Positions 49,713-57,053 of a DNA stretch of 64,000 nt are shown here, in pieces (position 1 is the first letter of the stretch; each line of letters starts with the position of its first letter). Below the pieces are notes generated by a model that saw only the letters and a list, made by a program, of their open reading frames with translations, ran no database searches and was not told the origin of the DNA. Source of the stretch: an uncultured Verrucomicrobiota bacterium (lineage in GTDB: Bacteria; Verrucomicrobiota; Verrucomicrobiia; Limisphaerales; UBA1319); assembly GCA_964458325.1 (NCBI GenBank), contig CAYWIM010000001.1:76962-140961 (forward strand), written 5' to 3'. The translations under genes were made by a program, and so were the position numbers.

Positions 49713-49896
49713 ATAAAATCTTCATGCCGGATTGCTTGGTGACTGCGGCCCATCATGCCTCGAACCGCGATGGGGCGTCAACCTCAGCCGCGCTGTTCCG
49801 GCTCGCCGCGGACGTTGTGCCGGCCGGTCGCGCCTTGCGCCGACGGGCAGGCTGCGATCCAGGGCTGGCTTGCAGAAACCGGAGTCCGATGAGTAA

Positions 49897-50607
49897 ATGT
49901 CGGCGATGGTCCCATCGAAAACAGAATCGCGGCGCGCAGCGTTCACGCTGATCGAGTTGCTGGTGGTCATCGCCATTATCGCGATCCTGGCGGGGATGTT
50001 GCTGCCCGTCCTCGGCCGGGCCAAGGAGGCCGGGCGGAAAACCAAATGCTCGAGCAACCTCCACAACATGGGCCTGGCCATGATCATGTATGCTGACGAC
50101 AATAACGGGTTCATCCCCCGGGGCAACGACCCGGTTTGGTGGCAGGTGCTGACGCCCACGCTGGGCGGCCGATCCCGGCGCGATTATGGCAAGGTCCAGG
50201 TCTACACATGCCCCAGCTATCCGGACAAACGGCAACTGATCTGCTACGTGGTCAATGCCTGGACGTTCAGCAGCCCCCGGGACAAGACCGGTTCCGAGCA
50301 GATCGGCCTCACGCGAATGAACAAGCTCCAAGCCCCCTCCGAAACGATCTACTTTGCCGACAACGAAAACGGATCGTGGCGTCCGGTCATCACCGCGCTG
50401 GGCGCGAGCGGATCGATCGATCTGAACGACGTTTGGAGCCCGTCGCATCTCCCGTATGCGCCCGGCGGCGCCGTTCTCAACGGCGAACGCCGCGTGGCTC
50501 GAGCCCGCCATGGCCAGGGACCCAACCTCCTGTTTTACGACGGACATACGGGTTGGAAAAAGGCCTCGCTCATCGTCGTCGACGACTGGCGCGAACAGCG
50601 ACACTGA
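49897..50607 (+). CDS. Prepilin-type N-terminal methylation domain protein with H-X9-DG motif
   Basis: It has [28 protein letters not shown] and a C-terminal [13 protein letters not shown], which fits H followed by 9 residues and DG. Confidence 0.8.
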   Translation: MSAMVPSKTESRRAAFTLIELLVVIAIIAILAGMLLPVLGRAKEAGRKTKCSSNLHNMGLAMIMYADDNNGFIPRGNDPVWWQVLTPTLGGRSRRDYGKVQVYTCPSYPDKRQLICYVVNAWTFSSPRDKTGSEQIGLTRMNKLQAPSETIYFADNENGSWRPVITALGASGSIDLNDVWSPSHLPYAPGGAVLNGERRVARARHGQGPNLLFYDGHTGWKKASLIVVDDWREQRH

Positions 50608-50729
50608 ATTCAATCTCGTTGGATCGAACAACAGCTCCGTCGTCGCAGGGCTGGCCAGCCGCATGGATTTGATCATTGATCCCCAGTCCTGATGGGCCTT
50701 TAATCTCTCGAGCAACCACAAATGCGACG

Positions 50730-51647
50730 ATGAAAACGAATCCAGCGATCGGCCGGCGGCAATTCCTCCAAAGCAGCGCCATGCTTATCGCGGGCATGGG
50801 CTTTCACAAGGCCCTGCCCGCCATCGCCGCGCAGGTGAAGCTCGGCACTCCCGCGATGGAGAAGCTGGGCTGGCAGCTCAGCGTCCAGCTTTACACCTAC
50901 CGGCGATTCCCGCTTTTCGAGGCGCTCGACATGGTTGCGGCGCTGGGCATCCGCCATATCGAGCCGCTGACCGCTCTCAAAGTGGATGGCCAGCGGCCGG
51001 ATGTGCGCGCCAACGAGGATATGCCGGCCGATGTGCGCAACGAGCTTAAAGCGAGGCTCGCCGATCGGGGCATGTTTCTCTCGAGTATCTTTGCCCAATT
51101 CACGGGCGCGCCTGACCAGGCGAGACGCCTCTTCGAGTTCTGCAAAGAAACGGGCGCCGGCACGATCGTGGCCGAGCCGCCCGCCGACGCTTTGGACCTC
51201 ATCGAGAAACTCTGTGACGAGCACCGAATCAACGTGGCCTTTCACAATCATGCCCGCGGCCAATCGCCCTACTGGAAACCCGAGCAAGTCCTCGACGCCT
51301 GCCGCAACCGGACCGAGCGCATGGGGGCTTGCGCCGACGCGGGGCAATGGGCGCGCTCCGGGCTCGACCCGGTCGAGTCCCTTCGCAAGTTGAAAGGCCG
51401 CATTCTCAGCTTCCATCTGAAGGACATCGCGAAGAAGAACGAACCGAGCTCGCGCAACACGGTCTTCGGGGAAGGAGAAGGGGATTTTGCGAAGGTCCTC
51501 CGGGAGCTGAAGCGCCTGGGCTATCGCGGCCTGACCACGATCGATTTCGAGCATGACACCCCGGCCCTGCAGGAGGATATGGCCCGGAACGTGAAATACG
51601 TCGAGAAACAGGCCAACGAGATCCTCAACGCGCAAGCGGGACGATGA
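50730..51647 (+). CDS. Xylose isomerase-like TIM-barrel protein (sugar phosphate isomerase/epimerase) with TAT signal
   Basis: ATG at 50730 (MKTNPAIGRRQFLQSSAMLIAG), with AFHNH and FHLKD blocks and GEGEGDF...GYRGLTTIDFEHD. Confidence 0.75.
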   Translation: MKTNPAIGRRQFLQSSAMLIAGMGFHKALPAIAAQVKLGTPAMEKLGWQLSVQLYTYRRFPLFEALDMVAALGIRHIEPLTALKVDGQRPDVRANEDMPADVRNELKARLADRGMFLSSIFAQFTGAPDQARRLFEFCKETGAGTIVAEPPADALDLIEKLCDEHRINVAFHNHARGQSPYWKPEQVLDACRNRTERMGACADAGQWARSGLDPVESLRKLKGRILSFHLKDIAKKNEPSSRNTVFGEGEGDFAKVLRELKRLGYRGLTTIDFEHDTPALQEDMARNVKYVEKQANEILNAQAGR

Positions 51648-51682
51648 AGGTGGAGTATCGTCGATTTTACCTTGCTTTTTAC

Positions 51683-51699
51683 GACACTTCTGAAGTGTC
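51683..51699. promoter_or_regulatory. Perfect 7-bp inverted repeat GACACTT-CTG-AAGTGTC upstream of the island operon
   Basis: Read directly. It lies 36 nt after the isomerase stop and 44 nt before the HTH gene ATG. It could be an operator or a small terminator; the function is untested. Confidence 0.25.
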
Positions 51700-51742
51700 T
51701 GCTTCCGGCAGTTTTCGCCTGCCGATTGAGGCTGCAACATGC

Positions 51743-51976
51743 ATGCAAGAACAATGGCTGTCCGTTGATGAGATCGCACCGGATCCGGGCGTCAAACCGG
51801 ACACGACCTGGAAGGGTGCGGATGCAACGATGCCAGCCGACAAGGCCGGCCGCCTCTGGAAATTCCTCGCCTCCGAGGTGGACGCTGGGGTCAAAGGCGG
51901 CCAAACGGCTCAAGGAGCTAAAGAAGCCGCCCAGACCGCCCGGAAAATCCGCGCCAGAAACAACTCCAAAACATGA
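51743..51976 (+). CDS. Small divergent excisionase/MerR-type (HTH_17-like) DNA-binding protein
   Basis: MQEQWLSVDEIAPDPGVKPDTTWKGADATMPADKAGRLWKFLASEVDAGVKGG parallels the consensus WLSVDEIA..LGV..DT.Y.WI....MPA.K.GRLWKF...EVD.WV..G. The stop overlaps the next start (ATGA at 51973-51976). A longer form starting at 51644 (ATGA overlap with the isomerase stop) is possible. Confidence 0.5.
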   Translation: MQEQWLSVDEIAPDPGVKPDTTWKGADATMPADKAGRLWKFLASEVDAGVKGGQTAQGAKEAAQTARKIRARNNSKT

Positions 51977-53286
51977 ACGCAGTCATCAAACCTTGGCTGA
52001 GCACCGGGCTGATCGTTGCCTTGGCAGGCAACGCGGTGCTGACGGCCATCCTGATCCTCAAGCTGAGCCGCTTTGACGATACGAAAAAGCAGGCCGAGGA
52101 GGTTGAGGTTTTGGCCCAACAAAAACGCACCGAGCTGGCTGCCCTGAAGATCGAGATCGAATCCCTGAACAAGCAGAAAGACTCGTTAGCGCCATATGTT
52201 GCAGACTGGCAAAAGCTGCTGAGCGAGAAGGCAGCAGCCGAAGCGGCTCTGGCCACCAGTGAAGCTAAGCAGCGGCAAACGGATTCCGACGCGACGCAGG
52301 CAGAAAAACGCCTACAGGAAGTTCGGAAGAATCTCGCCGAAGCCCAGAAACAGAAAGCGGACACAGCCGCGGCCATTGAAAGCCTCTCATCAGAATTCGC
52401 GGTGCTGACGAGAACCAATATCGATGTCAGGACCCAGCTGGACCTGGCCGCGGAAGCGCAGCGGCGCTACGCCGAGGCAACGAACGCCCTCGCCAATGCG
52501 GATGTGCGGCGAACGCAGCTGGAAGCCGATGCCACCGCGGCCCAGGCCAAATTTGACCAGCTCCAAAAGGAGGCGGACGATCTTCGCCAGACGCGCGAGA
52601 AGCTAAGCGCCGAAACGGCTCCGCTCCGGCAGCAGATTCAGTCGCTCAGAGAGCAACTGATTCCGTTCGAGCAGAAGGCGACCGACTTGAAGGCGCTCCA
52701 AGCCGCTGCTCAACAGGAGCAGGAAAAGCTCGCGAGAGCTCAGCAACAGCTCGCGGCAGCCGAAACGCGCACCGCCGAGATCGAAGCGCGGCAGCGGCAG
52801 GCAACATCGGAGTTTGCGCAGGTGACCAATCGCATGGATCAGGCGCGGGCGCAGGCCGCAGACTGGGAAATCAAGCGCGACACGGCCCAGCAGGCGGCGA
52901 TGCGGGCCGGCCAGGATCTCGCTGCCGCACAGAAACTTGCCGCCGAAGCCCAGGCCGTCTACGACCAAACCTCTCGAGAGCATGCAAAGGCAGTGGCTCA
53001 GTTGGCGGCGGCAACAAAAGAGCTCGAGCAAACGCGAAAAGACCAGGCGGATTCGGAAGCGCGCCTTGTGGCCGCGAAGGCCGCCCTCGAGAAGGCGGAT
53101 TCGGAGACCACAACCGCTCGGATGCTATCTCTCGAATTCTCCGCCAAGCAGAGCCAACTGACCCGCGACACCTCGCGTCTTGAAGCCTCCATCGAGCGGC
53201 TGAAAACGGAAAAGGATTCGTTGGAAAAGGAAATCGGCCGCATGGAAGCGCAGCGCCAGAAGACCCCGCCGAGCGGGGCTCAATGA
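51973..53286 (+). CDS. Membrane-anchored long coiled-coil protein (island gene 2)
   Basis: 437 aa. The N-terminal hydrophobic helix WLSTGLIVALAGNAVLTAILILKL (nt about 51994-52062) is followed by about 400 aa of uninterrupted heptad-like A/E/Q/K/L/R-rich sequence. Confidence 0.7.
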   Translation: MNAVIKPWLSTGLIVALAGNAVLTAILILKLSRFDDTKKQAEEVEVLAQQKRTELAALKIEIESLNKQKDSLAPYVADWQKLLSEKAAAEAALATSEAKQRQTDSDATQAEKRLQEVRKNLAEAQKQKADTAAAIESLSSEFAVLTRTNIDVRTQLDLAAEAQRRYAEATNALANADVRRTQLEADATAAQAKFDQLQKEADDLRQTREKLSAETAPLRQQIQSLREQLIPFEQKATDLKALQAAAQQEQEKLARAQQQLAAAETRTAEIEARQRQATSEFAQVTNRMDQARAQAADWEIKRDTAQQAAMRAGQDLAAAQKLAAEAQAVYDQTSREHAKAVAQLAAATKELEQTRKDQADSEARLVAAKAALEKADSETTTARMLSLEFSAKQSQLTRDTSRLEASIERLKTEKDSLEKEIGRMEAQRQKTPPSGAQ

Positions 53287-53312
53287 GGCATGTATTTTGA
53301 CAGGAGTCCACT

Positions 53313-55286
53313 ATGCTAAGCACACAAATTTTCCAGTGGTCGCTGTGGGGGCTTTCATTGCTGGCCGGAGTCGGGGCAATTCTGGCGCTTTTCAAACTGC
53401 GTTACGCGGAGCGGTTCCTGCCAGAATGGAACAAGGTCAAGGAGATCGAAGCGACGCTCCCGGTTCGCCAGGAGGAGCTTCGGCAGGTTTCGGAAACCAT
53501 TCAACTCCGGGTCCAGGAACTGGCGAAACTGGAGGGAGAAGTGGGGCGCCTGCAAATTCTTCGTGAGTGGGAAAAGCAGAATCCCGATGCCCCCGCAAGG
53601 ATCTCTCAAATGATAAATGACGTGGACCGCGGAAAGTCTGAGCTCGAAGCTATCCAAACAAAGCTTGGTCAGGAGGAGAGCCGCCTCATAGATAACACGA
53701 AACAAGTCAACGCATTGGCACTTCAGAAGGCTCAAATCGAAGGACAAATCCCAGGATTACGGGACCAAATGGTCTCACTGCATAAACAAAAGAACGACCT
53801 TGAGGTCAAGCTGCGCGACATGGATGACCAGCGCAGGATTCTTGATGCAAGACTGGCCGTTTTGAAGATCGAAATCCAGGATCATGAAGCTCACCTCACA
53901 GCCTTGCGGCCTCAGGTGGCAAAGGCCGAGCAAGATAAGGAAATAGCAGAGCGCGAGAGAAAGGAAGCTGAAGGCGCGCGAGACGCAGCGCGCGCGGAAG
54001 TCAGCAACCTCCAGAAACTTAAGGAGTCTCTTGAGCAGCTTCTCAAGCGAACAGAAATAACCTTAGAGAAAACCGGTGTTACAGGTTCGAAAAGCTATTC
54101 CGATCTCTTTGCACCTGTCTTCAGCCGCAGCTTGCTGTCAAACAAGGGGTTTCAGCAAGAAATTGAAGCTCTGCAGCGCACTCGCGATTATATTAAAAGC
54201 CAAAACCTCATATTTCCGGAGCGGGTGCTTTACGCATTTCATACTTCACTTAAAACGAGTGAGATTTGCCCTCTTGTCGTACTGGCTGGCATCAGCGGTA
54301 CAGGCAAAAGCGAACTTCCTCGCCATTATGCTGATGGCATGGGGATGCATTTCCTGCTTAGCGCGGTCCAGCCTAGGTGGGATAGCCCGCAAGACCTGTT
54401 TGGATTTTACAACTATTTGGAAAAGAAGTACCGAGCGACTGAGTTAGCGCGCGCCTTTGTTCAATTTGAGAAGCCGCACCGAGCGATGCTGGAGGAACTG
54501 GCCAAGGAGCAAGGAGGCGAACTATGTAGCCTCAATGAATATATGCTGCTGGTGCTCTTGGATGAGATGAACCTGGCTCGGACCGAGTATTACTTCTCGG
54601 AATTTTTATCCAAGTTGGAGACACGCAGAAAACTTGATGAAAACAACGATGAGAAGCGCGCGCGTGCCGAAATAGAGCTCGACATGGGCAGCTTGCTCGG
54701 TGGGCTCACTTCTATTCGCCTTTATCCAGGAAAAAATGTCTTGTTCGCGGGAACAATGAATGAGGACGAGTCTACACAAGCTCTTTCTGATAAAGTTGTA
54801 GATCGTGCCAGCGTTCTTCGATTCTGGCGTCCCAAGCGAACAAACCTTGAAACACGAGAAAAACCAAACTTGCCGACGACGAATGGATTGAAGATCGATA
54901 CTTGGCAGCAATGGGTGCGGACCTCTGACAATTTAGCGTCAAAAGACAAAGATATTACATCTTGGATAAATAGGTTGAACGACGCGCTAGAAAGAATGGG
55001 ACGCCCCTTCGCTTTTCGAGTTGATGAGGCCATACGCTGCTACATAGCCAACTATCCTCGTGGAAACGTGCAAGACTGGCATAAGCGCGCAATGGCGGAT
55101 CAAATTGAGCAGCGCATCTTTCCGAAGCTACGCGGCATTGAAATCGAGCTCGCTCAAGAATCGCTGCGGGGCATTGGTGAGATTATTAAGCAGTTGGAAG
55201 ACGAACCGCTGAGCAAGGCGTTCCAAGCAAGTCACGAAAACCAGTCAACTTTTCTTTTTCGTGGCGTGGTGCGCGGCGACGATTGA
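53313..55286 (+). CDS. Membrane-anchored coiled-coil protein fused to a McrB/AAA_5-like NTPase (island gene 3)
   Basis: An AGGAG sequence lies 7 nt upstream of the ATG. It has a TM helix (WSLWGLSLLAGVGAILALFKL), a coiled coil at about aa 30-255 and Walker A LAGISGTGKS (54285-54308). It also has VQPRWDSPQDLFGFYN, Walker B LLVLLDEMNLARTEYYFSEFLS (54546-) and GTMNEDES...DRASVLRF (54750-). Confidence 0.75.
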   Translation: MLSTQIFQWSLWGLSLLAGVGAILALFKLRYAERFLPEWNKVKEIEATLPVRQEELRQVSETIQLRVQELAKLEGEVGRLQILREWEKQNPDAPARISQMINDVDRGKSELEAIQTKLGQEESRLIDNTKQVNALALQKAQIEGQIPGLRDQMVSLHKQKNDLEVKLRDMDDQRRILDARLAVLKIEIQDHEAHLTALRPQVAKAEQDKEIAERERKEAEGARDAARAEVSNLQKLKESLEQLLKRTEITLEKTGVTGSKSYSDLFAPVFSRSLLSNKGFQQEIEALQRTRDYIKSQNLIFPERVLYAFHTSLKTSEICPLVVLAGISGTGKSELPRHYADGMGMHFLLSAVQPRWDSPQDLFGFYNYLEKKYRATELARAFVQFEKPHRAMLEELAKEQGGELCSLNEYMLLVLLDEMNLARTEYYFSEFLSKLETRRKLDENNDEKRARAEIELDMGSLLGGLTSIRLYPGKNVLFAGTMNEDESTQALSDKVVDRASVLRFWRPKRTNLETREKPNLPTTNGLKIDTWQQWVRTSDNLASKDKDITSWINRLNDALERMGRPFAFRVDEAIRCYIANYPRGNVQDWHKRAMADQIEQRIFPKLRGIEIELAQESLRGIGEIIKQLEDEPLSKAFQASHENQSTFLFRGVVRGDD

Positions 55287-55289
55287 GAA

Positions 55290-57053
55290 ATGCGACCTTT
55301 TCTGTTTGCTGAACCGTGGGATTGGCTGCTGGGAACACACTGCTTATTGGAACCTCCTGTTGCGGTGGAGGGGGGTGGATCGCCGCGGCTGCTGACAAAT
55401 CTTCCCAAGGAATTTATGGACCTGGACCGGCCAACTGTTGCATTGCCGACCGGCAAGGCCGCGCTGCCGGCGTGTTCCTTCCCATTCCTGCTAGGTGCCG
55501 AACCTGCCCAGGCGTGGCATATACCGACCGACGCCAGCACGCACCGCCGGGATGCCGACTTCCGTCTGGCAATATCGTTCAGAAACGAAGTGTTTGACCT
55601 GCTCCAGCAAGGGATCCTTCTGCGGCCACCGCCCAAGGCAACCGACGAAGGCATCATTGGTACGTTGAGCGGGGCTGTGGCACAATGGATTGACTGGCAG
55701 GTGCGAGCCTTTCAGGAGCTGGGCCACATTCCTGAAGTCCACGATGGCGATTTCGAAGCTGCTACCCGCTCGGCAGTCGTTCGCCGAACATGGGAATCAG
55801 CAAAGAAAGCTTGGCTGAAGAACGAGACAGAAACGCCGCGGATGGCTCTGATCGTCGAACTGAGCCGGGATCAATATTTGCATAGTGCTCTCGAATCTGT
55901 GAGCCGCCATCCGCGGCGCATTCTCCAGCGCTACCGCACCGATACAGCACTGCCTCGCATTCAGGAGTTGGACTCCGCCTGCATTCGAGATTTCGCCCGA
56001 CGGCCGGGTATTACCGCAGTCGAGAAAGCCGGCTCCCGTCAGCGGCTGCTGGCCGTTATGCGTCGAGAGCAGCGAAACACACTCGAGAATAAAGTCGCAG
56101 CGTGGGTCATGGAAGCCGAAGTTGATCTTGCGCGGGAATATGCTGTTGCAAATGCGAGCTTCGATTGCAGTGACCCCAAAGTCGCAAGTGTTCGCCGCTT
56201 CGGAAACCGAAGCGCCCAATGGCGAAAATCCGAAGAACTGTTTGATGTAGCAGCCCTGGCTCACCACGTAGAAAGCCCGAATTACCCGCTCCAGTTCGAC
56301 GCCCGCTACAAATTGGTGTGGAAGACCTACCGCCGAATTCTCCGGGAGAAGAGCGTCGAAGACGATGCCTGGGCCTGGCAGCGTGTTCTTTGGGGCGAGA
56401 CAGGGCGTCAATTGGTGGCCTGCTGCCTTAACCAAATGTTCAACCCAATCGGCATCAGCACCCCATTTTACCGCACCGAATCACGCCAAGGCTGTTGGAC
56501 GGAGCCACCCGTTGCGCCGGGACCATTCCAGACCAATTCAGGCGACTGCCTCTTGTTTGACAGCCGCGACTTGGATGATGCGTCGGGCCACGCCCGTCGG
56601 CGCTGGATCGAGCGCCCTCCATTCCGTGGCGCCCAATATCTCGGCGCCAGCGGTTGCGACCAGGTTCTTTTTTGGCCAAGTAGCAACCGCGCGTTACTTG
56701 TATGGCATTTCTATCATGCCTCGCTTGAAAGAGCCGAGGGCGGACTCCAGGGTATTCTTGCCCGATGTGCTTGTGGGCTTGAGCAGCTTGGTGCCGATAT
56801 ACGCCGATACGCACAGAATCAGGTCCATCTGAGCGGGTTGCTCCTGATCGCCGATCTAGGCCGCAGTGCCACTCAGGATGCCCGTCAAAACGAAAGGTGT
56901 GTTGCCCTCGAGCCTGGTCCCCGTCTCACTTCCGGCGGCGGAGTCAACGCCCTGTGCCTGCCGCCGCCCGACGTGGATGCATGGCGCCGGTTCTCAAGCG
57001 ACCTTAAAGAAGGTTTTGAACTCGTAGTCGAGGAAACGTTGCGCACAACATGA
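55290..57053 (+). CDS. McrC/DUF2357-like partner protein, nuclease motif apparently degenerate (island gene 4)
   Basis: The gene starts 3 nt after the NTPase gene. The block RHPRRILQRYRTDTALPRIQELD...RREQRNTLENKVAAWV (56076-) resembles the McrC/DUF2357 ..DTPENRF.K.. region. Where PD...(D/E)xK is expected, the sequence reads GCDQVLFWPSSNRALLVWHFYHAS (56655-56723). Confidence 0.45.
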   Translation: MRPFLFAEPWDWLLGTHCLLEPPVAVEGGGSPRLLTNLPKEFMDLDRPTVALPTGKAALPACSFPFLLGAEPAQAWHIPTDASTHRRDADFRLAISFRNEVFDLLQQGILLRPPPKATDEGIIGTLSGAVAQWIDWQVRAFQELGHIPEVHDGDFEAATRSAVVRRTWESAKKAWLKNETETPRMALIVELSRDQYLHSALESVSRHPRRILQRYRTDTALPRIQELDSACIRDFARRPGITAVEKAGSRQRLLAVMRREQRNTLENKVAAWVMEAEVDLAREYAVANASFDCSDPKVASVRRFGNRSAQWRKSEELFDVAALAHHVESPNYPLQFDARYKLVWKTYRRILREKSVEDDAWAWQRVLWGETGRQLVACCLNQMFNPIGISTPFYRTESRQGCWTEPPVAPGPFQTNSGDCLLFDSRDLDDASGHARRRWIERPPFRGAQYLGASGCDQVLFWPSSNRALLVWHFYHASLERAEGGLQGILARCACGLEQLGADIRRYAQNQVHLSGLLLIADLGRSATQDARQNERCVALEPGPRLTSGGGVNALCLPPPDVDAWRRFSSDLKEGFELVVEETLRTT

